Shown here piece by piece: positions 48,051 to 58,400 of a stretch of DNA of 64,000 nt. The stretch is from an uncultured virus (IMG/VR IMGVR_UViG_3300043803_001357) (Duplodnaviria > Heunggongvirae > Uroviricota > Caudoviricetes), in the IMG/VR virus record IMGVR_UViG_3300043803_001357, positions 1-64,000 of that record. One strand, 5' to 3'. Position 1 is the stretch's first letter. Each line of letters opens with the position of its first letter. A model generated the notes under the pieces. That model saw only the letters and a program-made list of their open reading frames with translations. It ran no database searches and had not been told where the DNA came from. Made by a program: the position numbers and the translations under genes.

Positions 48051-51000
48051 ATGGCAATATTACAAGGTGCTCGAATTACAGGATCAATTATAGCTACAAC
48101 TTTTATTAAAGCTAGTGGTTTCAGTGGCAGTTTAACTGCTTCTAGATTGTATGTACAAGGATCGGTTGGTATAGGCACAACAAGTCCTGTTTATAAATTG
48201 GATGTAGTTGGTTCTGTGTATAGTTCTAATTATTTTTCAGTATTAACCGCAGCAACATATGGTCCAAGTGATAATAGTGCGGCAATGCAAGTGTTTGGAT
48301 CAACTGGTTCAGGTGGATTAACAAATACTATAAAGTTTGTTACAGTTGGTAGTGAAAGAGTTCGTATTGACAACAATGGTAATGTTGGTATAGGTACAAC
48401 AAGTCCTACGGGAACTTATGGAAAGTTAAGTGTAGCAGGCGGTATTCGTATATTAGATGATAATAATGCAAAATTAGAAATTGGTAGATATTCAAGTGGT
48501 GCATCCAATTCTTATATTAAACTGGGTTCAAATTCTAATAGTTTAAGAATTACTAATAATACTGATGCGGCTGATATCTTTACTATAGAAAATGGTGGTA
48601 ATGTTGGTATAGGTACAACAAGTCCTAATTATTTAACGGATATACAATCAACAACAAGTCCACAAACTTTAAATTTAAAATTAAATAAAACATCTACAAC
48701 AAATGACTACGCAGAAATTGCATTTCAATTATGGAGTGGCGCCGGTTCAGGAGCAAATACATTTGGCGGATCAGGAACTTCTAGACCAAGCGTGGTTTTA
48801 AGAGCATTAAATGAAAATGGAGGTACCGCTGCAGGTGCTTTTATAGTGGGAACATTTACAGGCGGATCAGATAATTCAACACTGACAGAAAAATTTAGAA
48901 TTACATCAGTCGGTAACGTAGGTATAGGTACAACAAGTCCAAGTCAATTATTAGAAGTAGCTGGGTCTAGCCCAATAATTAGAGTATTGGCCACATCAGG
49001 TAATTCTACATTAAGATTAACTGATAATGGTGTAAGAAATTGGGATCTAAAAGTTGTAGATACTTCAGATTATTTTGAAGTAGGTGGTACATCCGCAACT
49101 TCATTGGTTGTAACAGGAGCAGGTAATGTTGGTATAGGTACAACAAGTCCTGTATTTTCATTGGATGTGACAGGTGGTGTTGGATTAAATACATCTGGAA
49201 CTGGAGTATCCGTAACAATTGGTGCAAATAATACATCTGATAGATATTTACGCATTAGAAATTCAAATGGTAATTTTGAAATTGGAAGTGCTGGAAATCA
49301 ACATTATTTATATGGTGTTGGTGCTAGTAATTTCTTTACTATCTACACAAATTCATCCGAACGATTCAGAATTGCAGCCGATGGTAATGTTGGTATAGGT
49401 ACAACAAGTCCATCACAAAAATTAACTATAAATAATGGTTCTTCAACAGGAGCCGGTGCAGTATATCCAATTAGATTATCTGGAGGAACAATGACTAGTG
49501 TTGGTGACTCTACTGGTTTATTGTTTATACAAAGAGATGCAAATGATGATTACGGTGCTTATATAAGACTATATACTACTCAAGCCAATCCTCAATATTT
49601 AAATCCAAGACTTGAATTTGGTGTACAAACTACAGATACAAATGTACTTGGTAGTGTTGTTACTAGAATGGTAATAACAGGAGATGGCGATGTGGGTATT
49701 GGTACAACATCACCAACTGCACAATCAAACTATAGATTTTTACAAGTTAACGGCACCAATTCGGCGGTTATTGAAACGATGGTTGGTGGTTCAAGAATTG
49801 GTGGATTTGATTCAAGTGCATCAGCTTTGTATGTAGGTTCAATTGGTAGTTATCCTGTTGTATTCAGAACGGCAGTTGATGAAAAAATGCGTATAGCTAC
49901 AGATGGTAATGTGGGTATAGGCACAAGTACTCCTGCTTATAAATTGGATGTGGTTGGTTCTATAAATACAAGCAACTTCATGTTTGTTTCATATCCATAT
50001 GGCAACGCATTTCCATTACAATTAACCGCCAATAACTTTCTAAAAGCTGATAACTATTATTATGGAATGTCAATTAATACAGGAGATGTAAATTATATTT
50101 CTGGTAAGTTCCTAATTAATGGTGGTACATATAAGAGAGTAGAACTATATGGATACGAAAATAGTGTTGGATATATACCAACCATAATTCCAGGTGGATG
50201 TGTTGGTATTGGTACGATAATTACAAATTCAGGTTTACAAATACAAACAGAAGGAACAAATACTACGTCTGGTTCATTCTTGTTTGTAAGATCTACAAAT
50301 TCAAGTTTTGGTGGTGGGGCAATTGGTGTTGGATATGATTATGCAGCTGCAGTTGGAGCTAATTTCTATCCATTTAGAATTAGAGCTGGTAGTACCAACA
50401 CTATATTATTGATAAATAGTGCGGGTGTAGTTTATGCGGGTGATACTACAGGAGCAGTTGCTTATGGTAATCATGACCCATATTATGCTTTTAATCAAGA
50501 TACCAATACTGGTATGGATTGGGCAGCCGCTGATACACTAACATTTAAAACAGGTGGTAGTGAAAGAATGCGTATTGCTTCTAATGGCAGTGTTGGCATA
50601 GGTACAACAAGTCCTAATTATACACTTCAAGTTAACGGAACTTTTTACGTAAACAGCACAACATATATGAATGGATCTTTGACAGTTGAAGATTCATTCA
50701 TAATAGATGGTAGGTTGGCAGGTAGTTTTGGTACGGGTTCTATACTAATGAAGAGTGGAAATTCTTCTGGTACTTGGAATCAATTTAATATATTTTACTA
50801 TAAAAACTCAAGTATCGATAGACTCGGTTTTGTTGATGGTGGTTCTGTAGAAATATTAACTCTAAAAAATGGTGGTAATGTTGGTATAGGCACAACGAGT
50901 CCTGTTAATAAATTGCATATAAGTGGATCTTCTACAAATTTACCACTTAAATTGGAAGGATTGACAAGTAACGCAACTGGATATTTTCTAACAGTTGATA

Positions 51001-51539
51001 ATACAACCGGCGTTGTATACAAATCTACCGGTGGTGCTAATGGAACAAGTGGCACCAGTGGCGCAAATGGCAGTCCAGGTGGTGCGGGTAGCAGTGGTAC
51101 CAATGGAACGAGTGGCACCAGTGGCGCAAATGGTAATCCAGGTACCAGTGGCACTAGTGGCGCAAATGGTAATGCTGGGTCTAGTGGTATTACTGGTACC
51201 AGTGGTACTAGCGGTGTCACAAATATAAAAGCATGGATTCACTTTAATGGAACAGGCACACCATCATCTAACGCGTCTAATAACGTATCATCCATAACTG
51301 ATAATGGTACCGGCGATTATACAATTAACTTTACCACTGCATTTTCTAATGCAAATTATGTGGTAGCTGGTACAGCAACTTATCAATATGAAAATCCCGG
51401 TCAATCTATAAATAATATGTTTATTGCAGTACCAAGAAGACCTACAGCACAATTAGCTGGTAGTTGTAGAATTTCTACGCCTGGTTCTGATAACGTATTA
51501 TACGATTGCGATTATGTTAGAGTATTATTTTCAAATTAA
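48051..51539 (+). CDS. Modular tail fibre protein with GNVGIGTTSP repeats
   Basis: About 11 GxVGIGT motifs separating variable modules; short Gly-X-Y run; C-terminal KAWIHFNG..VSSITDNGTGDYTINF domain. Confidence 0.82.
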   Translation: MAILQGARITGSIIATTFIKASGFSGSLTASRLYVQGSVGIGTTSPVYKLDVVGSVYSSNYFSVLTAATYGPSDNSAAMQVFGSTGSGGLTNTIKFVTVGSERVRIDNNGNVGIGTTSPTGTYGKLSVAGGIRILDDNNAKLEIGRYSSGASNSYIKLGSNSNSLRITNNTDAADIFTIENGGNVGIGTTSPNYLTDIQSTTSPQTLNLKLNKTSTTNDYAEIAFQLWSGAGSGANTFGGSGTSRPSVVLRALNENGGTAAGAFIVGTFTGGSDNSTLTEKFRITSVGNVGIGTTSPSQLLEVAGSSPIIRVLATSGNSTLRLTDNGVRNWDLKVVDTSDYFEVGGTSATSLVVTGAGNVGIGTTSPVFSLDVTGGVGLNTSGTGVSVTIGANNTSDRYLRIRNSNGNFEIGSAGNQHYLYGVGASNFFTIYTNSSERFRIAADGNVGIGTTSPSQKLTINNGSSTGAGAVYPIRLSGGTMTSVGDSTGLLFIQRDANDDYGAYIRLYTTQANPQYLNPRLEFGVQTTDTNVLGSVVTRMVITGDGDVGIGTTSPTAQSNYRFLQVNGTNSAVIETMVGGSRIGGFDSSASALYVGSIGSYPVVFRTAVDEKMRIATDGNVGIGTSTPAYKLDVVGSINTSNFMFVSYPYGNAFPLQLTANNFLKADNYYYGMSINTGDVNYISGKFLINGGTYKRVELYGYENSVGYIPTIIPGGCVGIGTIITNSGLQIQTEGTNTTSGSFLFVRSTNSSFGGGAIGVGYDYAAAVGANFYPFRIRAGSTNTILLINSAGVVYAGDTTGAVAYGNHDPYYAFNQDTNTGMDWAAADTLTFKTGGSERMRIASNGSVGIGTTSPNYTLQVNGTFYVNSTTYMNGSLTVEDSFIIDGRLAGSFGTGSILMKSGNSSGTWNQFNIFYYKNSSIDRLGFVDGGSVEILTLKNGGNVGIGTTSPVNKLHISGSSTNLPLKLEGLTSNATGYFLTVDNTTGVVYKSTGGANGTSGTSGANGSPGGAGSSGTNGTSGTSGANGNPGTSGTSGANGNAGSSGITGTSGTSGVTNIKAWIHFNGTGTPSSNASNNVSSITDNGTGDYTINFTTAFSNANYVVAGTATYQYENPGQSINNMFIAVPRRPTAQLAGSCRISTPGSDNVLYDCDYVRVLFSN
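48378..49411 (+). repeat. Dispersed 29-bp exact direct repeat GGTAATGTTGGTATAGGTACAACAAGTCC
   Basis: Exact copies start at 48378, 48597, 49122, 49383; degenerate copies elsewhere in the gene. Confidence 0.9.
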
Positions 51540-51553
51540 ATTTAATATAACAC

Positions 51554-51584
51554 TTGACTTTTGCTTTTATATAAAGTATAAGCT
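51554..51584 (+). promoter_or_regulatory. Possible sigma70-type promoter in intergenic region
   Basis: TTGACT-17 nt-TATAAG (or TAAGCT at 19 nt); -10 imperfect. Confidence 0.4.
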
Positions 51585-51694
51585 AAAGCTAGCGCTTAGT
51601 TAACTAAATGGTTAAGTTAATTATTAAATAATAATACTAAAATATTGATAGTTAAATTAACTGTAAGCGCATAATATGCTACTATTTATTATAA

Positions 51695-52858
51695 ATGATT
51701 ACTAATAAACATAAAATATATTTGGATATGGATGGTGTGATAAGTGATTGGGAATTGCAATTCAAGCGATATAGTGGTGGTGTACCTGTTGAAACTTATG
51801 ATGCTGAACACGGTAAAAAGAATAGATTTAAGTTTGTAGATAAGAATTGTCCTGAATACTATTCTAGTATGCCTTGGATGAAAGATGGCAGATTGCTTTA
51901 TAATTTTGTATCAAATTTGCCTGTAGAGATATTGAGTCATGCGCCTACCAATTTGGCATATGTTGGTAAAAAGCAGTGGTTAGCCAATAACAATATTGAT
52001 ATTAAAGCTAATTTGGTACCGCATAGAAATTTAAAAGCAAAGTTTGCAACTCCTGATAGTATTTTGATAGATGACCGTGAAGATAATGTAAATGATTTTA
52101 TCAAAGCTGGTGGTAAAGCAATATTGCATAAAAGCGCAATAGATACAATTAATAAACTAAAAGAAATGTTGGGTATCAAAGAATCTCATAGAATTTATAA
52201 TAGCATTTTAAATCCTGAGATATGGGCTACTGAAAATGCTATTAAACCTGATGTATTAAACAAGTTATTAACTATTGCAAATACTTTTTACAAAGATACT
52301 GATTTGAATGTACCTCTTGAAAATATATACTTTCTTGGTAGTACTGCCGGATATAATTGGACACCAACAAGTGATATTGACTTACATTTGGTTGTAGATT
52401 TTTCCAAAATTGATCCAAATGAAGAACTGGTTAAGAATTATGTGGATGGCTTAAAAAGCAAATGGAATGAAAACCACAACATTAGAATTGGCAATCATCC
52501 AGTGGAAGTTTACATTCAAGATATTAAAGAGGTCAATAGAAGTCAAGCTGTATATAGTTTGATGAAAAATGAATGGGTAAAAAAGCCAAAAATAGAAGAC
52601 ATTCAGATTGATAAAGATGCTATTACAAAGAAATACAAACAATATGTTTCGTTTATTTCCACAGCTATAAAAGAACAAAATTTAGATAAATTAAAGCGTT
52701 TAGTTAAACGTTTGTATGAAATGAGAGAAGCTGGATTAAGTAAGAGCGGCGAGTATAGTACAGAAAATTTGGTGTTTAAACTTTTAAGATCCACAGGTTA
52801 CGTCAATCAACTAAAAAATGCTATCACAAATATTACAGATAAAAATTTGAGTAAATGA
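51695..52858 (+). CDS. HAD 5'(3')-nucleotidase-like domain fused to Pol-beta-superfamily nucleotidyltransferase
   Basis: IYLDMDGV..ILS..K..ILIDD (HAD motifs); LGSTAGYNWTPTSDIDLHL..VEVYIQD (GS..DxD..E/D). Confidence 0.75.
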   Translation: MITNKHKIYLDMDGVISDWELQFKRYSGGVPVETYDAEHGKKNRFKFVDKNCPEYYSSMPWMKDGRLLYNFVSNLPVEILSHAPTNLAYVGKKQWLANNNIDIKANLVPHRNLKAKFATPDSILIDDREDNVNDFIKAGGKAILHKSAIDTINKLKEMLGIKESHRIYNSILNPEIWATENAIKPDVLNKLLTIANTFYKDTDLNVPLENIYFLGSTAGYNWTPTSDIDLHLVVDFSKIDPNEELVKNYVDGLKSKWNENHNIRIGNHPVEVYIQDIKEVNRSQAVYSLMKNEWVKKPKIEDIQIDKDAITKKYKQYVSFISTAIKEQNLDKLKRLVKRLYEMREAGLSKSGEYSTENLVFKLLRSTGYVNQLKNAITNITDKNLSK

Positions 52859-52921
52859 TAAAAAACTTTATATAAAACTAAATCGTTTAATATTTATATT
52901 CAAGAACAATAAGGTAAAAAT

Positions 52922-53413
52922 ATGGCAGAACTACTAAATCCAAGTGAAATATTCGCTACGGCATTCGAACCAAAAGTAAAGAATCGTTTTATTCTTTATG
53001 TTGATGGTATTCCATCATTCATCATCAAAAAGGTCAATCGTCCTAAACTAACACAAGCCAAGAAGGAACTTGACCATATTAACGTAAAAACCTACTACAA
53101 GGGTAAAAGTGTATGGGATGAAATCAGTATGGAACTTTATGATCCAATTGTACCATCCGGTGCTCAAGCAGTAATGGAATGGGTACGTTTGCACCACGAA
53201 TCAGTTACTGGTCGTGATGGTTACCAAGACTTCTATAAGAAGGATCTAACAATTAACGTCTTGGGTCCAGTAGGTGACAAAGTAGAAGAATGGAAGTTGG
53301 TAGGTTCATTTATCGTAAGCGCTGATTTCCAAGAAATGGATTGGAGCGATGACGGTGCTGCTCAGATGATCAGTTTATCTGTAGCATACGATTACGCAAT
53401 TCTCCAATATTAA
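52922..53413 (+). CDS. Tail tube protein (T4 gp19-like)
   Basis: FEPKVKNRF, LYDPIVPSGAQAVMEW, YKKDL, VEEWKLVGSF, AYDYA; followed by a terminator. Confidence 0.9.
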   Translation: MAELLNPSEIFATAFEPKVKNRFILYVDGIPSFIIKKVNRPKLTQAKKELDHINVKTYYKGKSVWDEISMELYDPIVPSGAQAVMEWVRLHHESVTGRDGYQDFYKKDLTINVLGPVGDKVEEWKLVGSFIVSADFQEMDWSDDGAAQMISLSVAYDYAILQY

Positions 53414-53427
53414 TATTTATTGTATCA

Positions 53428-53460
53428 AAAAGAACCCCACATTTATTTGTGGGGTTTTCT
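53428..53460 (+). terminator. Rho-independent terminator after tail tube gene
   Basis: AACCCCACA-TTTATT-TGTGGGGTT followed by TTCT. Confidence 0.8.
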
Positions 53461-53472
53461 ATTTATTACTAT

Positions 53473-54381
53473 ATGCAAATGGGCAAGAAAATATTCGTAA
53501 TTTATCCTGGTAGATTTCATCCCTTTCACAAAGGTCACAAAAGTGTATACAACTACCTAACCACTAAATTTGGTGGTAATGATGTATACATAACAACCAC
53601 AGGTGTTACAAAATTGCCAAAATCACCATTTACTTTCAATGAAAAAATGCAAATGATGATTACCACAGGTATACCGGCAAACAAAATACTAAACGTCAAA
53701 AACAACTACAACTTGAAAAGTGTAGCTAATCAAATACCAATCAATATAGAACGTGATATTATTATTTTTGCAGTTAGTGAAAAGGATATGATTGAAGATC
53801 CAAGATTCAAAAACTTTGTAAAAAAAGATGGATCTCCTTCTTATTTACAGCCATTGCCAAAAAATCAATCCAAATTAGACCCAGCCATAAAACACGGATA
53901 CTTGATAACAGTACCAACTGTAGATTTTACAGTACTAGGGTTACCGGCTAGAAGTGCAAGTCAATTAAGATCTCAATATGCTACATTAACCCCAGAACAA
54001 CAAAAGGCTTTTATTATCGATTTGTTTGGTAATTACAATACAAATGTTCATAATATATTAAACAATAAATTGGGTAAAATTACTGGTAAATTAACCGAAA
54101 AACAAAAGAAGTTATTAAAGAAATTGATTGTGGGTATAATGAAAGAAGACGAAGCTAAAATAAATTCTGCAAGAAAAAAGTATAATCAAGCTGGATTGGT
54201 TCTTCGTACCGTTGAACTTGATGCGGCACAACAAGAACTTACAAAAGCAAATGACGATTTAAAAGCTGCAACTACCCCCGAAGAAAAAGCTGCGGCTGAA
54301 CTACGTGTAAAAAACAAAAAAGATGCAGTAGACAGTAAAACAGCCGCTCGTGATGCTGCTCAACATCAATTAAATACCTAA
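53473..54381 (+). CDS. HIGH-motif (cytidylyl/adenylyl-transferase-like) protein with helical C-terminal tail
   Basis: IYPGRFHPFHKGH, SPFTFNEK, SASQLR; start reassigned to 53473 (or 53479). Confidence 0.7.
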   Translation: MQMGKKIFVIYPGRFHPFHKGHKSVYNYLTTKFGGNDVYITTTGVTKLPKSPFTFNEKMQMMITTGIPANKILNVKNNYNLKSVANQIPINIERDIIIFAVSEKDMIEDPRFKNFVKKDGSPSYLQPLPKNQSKLDPAIKHGYLITVPTVDFTVLGLPARSASQLRSQYATLTPEQQKAFIIDLFGNYNTNVHNILNNKLGKITGKLTEKQKKLLKKLIVGIMKEDEAKINSARKKYNQAGLVLRTVELDAAQQELTKANDDLKAATTPEEKAAAELRVKNKKDAVDSKTAARDAAQHQLNT

Positions 54382-54430
54382 ATATAATAACATAAAAGTT
54401 ATATAAAGTTCTATATATTGTTATAAAGTT

Positions 54431-55255
54431 ATGAGTGACGAAATTATAATTCAAAAATTAAAGCAACAACATTCAACTGCATCAACAACAGCTGCACCTA
54501 CAAGTTATCCTGCGGAAACAATAGAATTGCCATCTAAAGGATATTTCTATGATGAGTCTAGTCCACTAAGCAAAGGTAGTGTGGAATTAAAGATGATGAC
54601 TGCTAGAGAAGAAGACATTTTAACCAATGAAAACTTCATCAAAAACGGTACTGTATTGGATAAATTGCTTGAATCTTTAATTGTTACGCCCGGCGTAAGA
54701 ACACAAGATTTGTTGATGGTAGACAAAAATGCACTGTTTGTTGCTGCTAGACGTTTGGCATATGGTGACAAATACGGGCCTGTAAAAATTGAGTGCAAAA
54801 AATGTAATACCGAAAACAAAACATATATTGATTTAAGTACATTAAATGAAAAAGAAGTGGACTTCAATAAGTTTCAGAAGGGTAGTAATGAATTTGAATT
54901 TGAGTTTCCATATTGTAAACGTAGAATAACATTTAAACTTGTTACATCTGGTGATCAAGAAAGCATTGATCGTGATATTAAAGCGATGACCAAGATCAAA
55001 AAACAAGCCAGTACAGAAGTAACTACCAGACTTAAAAAGCTGATTGTAAGTATAGATGGAAAACCAGATATTGCATCTATCAATAAATTTGTTGACAATG
55101 AGTTGTTGTCAAAAGACAGTATGGCACTAAGAGCTTATATTAAAACAATTGCGCCTGAATTGGATATGGGTTTTGACTTTGTATGTGAACACTGTGGTGA
55201 GGTGGAAAGGATGGATGTACCGATGACGGTACAGTTTTTTTGGCCTGAGTCCTGA
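54431..55255 (+). CDS. Tail/baseplate-hub assembly chaperone (gp26-like; G-type product)
   Basis: IELPSKGYFY, MTAREEDIL, ARRLAYG..Y, CxxC twice, ends QFFWPES; sits between tube and tape measure. Confidence 0.75.
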   Translation: MSDEIIIQKLKQQHSTASTTAAPTSYPAETIELPSKGYFYDESSPLSKGSVELKMMTAREEDILTNENFIKNGTVLDKLLESLIVTPGVRTQDLLMVDKNALFVAARRLAYGDKYGPVKIECKKCNTENKTYIDLSTLNEKEVDFNKFQKGSNEFEFEFPYCKRRITFKLVTSGDQESIDRDIKAMTKIKKQASTEVTTRLKKLIVSIDGKPDIASINKFVDNELLSKDSMALRAYIKTIAPELDMGFDFVCEHCGEVERMDVPMTVQFFWPES

Positions 55256-55454
55256 ATATAAGTTACAAGTTCACGGTCAAATATTTGAATTGAGTTATTT
55301 CTCGCAAGGAGCGGTAAATGTACAAATTGCGTATAATTTACCTGTATTTTTACGTAATTTTTACTATGCTCAATTAGCAAATATAAAGAATAAAGAAAGT
55401 GATAGTTACAAAGAACCTGCTAAAAAGTCAGGTAAAGTAGATAAGCCTTTTTAG
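55236..55454 (+). CDS. Startless +1-frame ORF, putative frameshift extension of the chaperone (GT-type)
   Basis: 72 sense codons FFGLSPEYKLQVHGQIFELSYFSQGAVNVQIAYNLPVFLRNFYYAQL..KPF*, no ATG, entered through the T7 run at 55235-55241. Confidence 0.7.
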   Translation, partial: FFGLSPEYKLQVHGQIFELSYFSQGAVNVQIAYNLPVFLRNFYYAQLANIKNKESDSYKEPAKKSGKVDKPF

Positions 55455-55489
55455 TGTAAAATAATATAGTTGTCATATTTATATATTAT

Positions 55490-58400
55490 ATGGCAGCACA
55501 ACCATTTGATAAAGCAACAGCGGATAAACTAGTAGAGGCGTTTAATAATTTAAACGCTGAAATCAAAGATACTCTGTCTAATCTAGACAAGATAGTTGAT
55601 ACCGAGAAAAGAATGGTTGATATAGCCAAACAGTTAGGACAGGCATATAAAACACAAAAAGATAAGCTTGATGAACAGTTAAAAGGAAAAAGTTTACAAG
55701 AAAAATTATCATCAAAATTTGTAAATTCTGAAAAAAAGTTAAATGAATTTGCACAGGCACGTATCAACAGTTACATAAAAATAGAGAGTTTACAAAATGA
55801 ATTATTGACAAACGCAGCTGAACTTCTAGTAGAGCAAAGTAAAGATCCTACCAGCGATACTGTTATAGCTTTACAAGATTTAATTAATAAAAAATCAACC
55901 GAGTTGAATTTGGAAGAACATTTATTGAAAAACAGTGCTTCCAAGTTAGAATCGTTAAAACTACATAATTTTTTACTAAAAGCAGCAAACGAGTTAATAG
56001 ATTTATATAACAAAGCATTGGAGATGGGTGTAAAGTTGTTAAACAAGATGGGTGATTTGGCTTCGGGTTTAGCAACTAAACTAAATATACCCACCACATT
56101 AGCTGGTACTTTTGAAAGAATATTAGACGTTTTTAATCAAATTGACACCGCTGCTACAAATGTTAGACAAAAATTTGGACTATTACCAAGTCAGGGTGCA
56201 ATTTTTGAAAAAAACATACGAGAAGCTTCTATTGAGTTAGCTGAGTTTGGTATAAACGCTGAACAACTTGGCGGAACAATGAAACAAATAGGTTCAACTT
56301 TTACAAGTTTGCAATCTATGGAAAAAGGATTGGTTAAAGATGTTTCAATAATGTCTGCTCAATTTGGAGTAGCTTCTGAAACAAGTGTTAAGTTTCTACA
56401 AACGTTAGGTGGCGTATCTGGAAAAAGTGCAATAGCCAAACAAAATATGTTGGGATTGGCAAAATTTGCTGCAAATGCTTATGGAGTTGGGTTGGACGAT
56501 GTAATGAACGATGTCGCAAATGCATCTGAAGAAGCTAGAATGTTTGCTGGTAAAAATGCAGATGAAATGGTTAGAGCTGCAGCTCAAGCTAGACAAATGG
56601 GTACTACTCTTGACAATATGGCAAAAACTGCAAAGGGTTTGCTTGACTTTGAAAGTAGTATTCAATCAGAATTAAAAGCTAGTGCATTGATTGGTAAAAA
56701 TATTAATTTTAATGAAGCTCGCAGATTGGCATTTCAAGGCGATATTATTGGGGCAAATAAATTAATATTGGATCAAGCTAAGAAAATTAAGTTCAATCAG
56801 TTAAATCCAATTGCACAAGACGCGTTTGCAAAAGCTGCTGGTAAGACTGTAAAAGAATTGCAAGAAATGTTAAATGCTGAAGAAAATCTGAAAGAAGCAT
56901 TAAAATCAAAAGATCCATTGGTAAGAGCCGAAGCAGAGAAGAAAAAGCAAATGGCGGAAATGATGAAGAACGATCCTATTGCTGCTAAAAAAGCTGCTCA
57001 AGCCGAATATGAAAAAGGGTTGATTCAAGAAAAAAATCAAACCAGAATGAAACAGTTGCAAAATGAAATTAATGCAATTTTTATGGAATTTATTGGGCCT
57101 ATATTGGAAGAAATTGGACCAATATTTACACAGTTATTAAAATATATAAAAGATAACCGAGAAGAAATCAAAAAATTTGCACAAGAAGTGGGTAAACTAT
57201 ATATGATGTTTAAAAGTTTATCTATAGTATCAAATATATTGGGTGGGATAGGAAAAATGACAAGTGGATTTGGAAAATTAATTACTTATTCTTCACAATT
57301 TTTATCATCGGCGCTAAAAATATCAAGTATTTTTATTGGGTGGTCAACGAGTACATCGGGTATCATAAACACGATAGTAAATATTTCGTTAAAAATAGAA
57401 AAGATCGCAAGTGGACTAAAATCAGCATCAGATACATTAAAAGGATTTGGTACGGGATTTCAATCCATATCTAATTTTATCGGAAAAGGATCTACACAAT
57501 TAACAAAACTTTCAAATAGCGTTTTTAATATCGGAATGAATATTGAAAAAGTATTTACAAAATTTCCAGCAATTTCAAAAATTGGAAATATTATCTCAAA
57601 CGTATTTAGTGGACTAGGTAGTTCGGTAAAAGGAATTGGAAGTTTTGTGGGTGGAATATTTGGCAAACTTGGTACTGGCATTGGGTTTTTTTCAAAACTC
57701 GCTCCGATTTTTGGAGCAGTAGCTAAATTTTTAGGACCAATAGGACTAGTTGTATCTGTGATTCAAGGTGGCATAGCGTTTTTTAAAGCATTTAATGAAA
57801 CGACAGGTACCGTGAGTCAAAAAGCAGTAGCTGGATTAAAAGCTGTAGTTAATGCTTTGGTTGTAGAACCATTAAAAATGGTTTGGGATTTTCTTAAAAA
57901 GATACCGTCGTTTTTAGCCGATATAGATTTTGCGGGAATATTTAAAGACGTAACCAACTTTTTATTAGACGCACTAACGAGTTTGCCTGATAAAATAGAA
58001 GAGTTATTTAGTGGTGGCGGTGGGGGAATTGAATGGGGTAAAATTTTTGCAAATATTGGAAGATTAGCAATTGAAATTATTGTATTTCACTTTGTTAAAT
58101 TGCCTATAGCTATAGCTAAAACAGTGGGAAAATTAGGATTGTTAATTTTGAAAGCTTTTGGACTGAACGCAATCGCTGACGGTATTGCATCTGTAGCAGA
58201 CACTTTATATACTATACTTAAATGGCCATTTGAATTGGTATATAATTGGGTAATGGATAAATTGGGTGGTAAATCTCCATCCGAAATCGGTTTAGCGATT
58301 GTTGATGGTATTAAATCTGTAGTAGATATGTTATTTGATGTACTTACATATCCATTTAAAAAAGCCGCTCAAATTATACCAGAGATTATAAATATTTTAA

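Noticed and set aside
48378..49411. 29-bp direct repeats as a CRISPR array
   Set aside because: Intervals are hundreds of bp and irregular, the repeats are in-frame coding (GNVGIGTTSP), and no cas genes are present
48051..51539. Diversity-generating retroelement acting on the fibre
   Set aside because: No reverse transcriptase in the window and no template/variable repeat pair differing at adenines was seen
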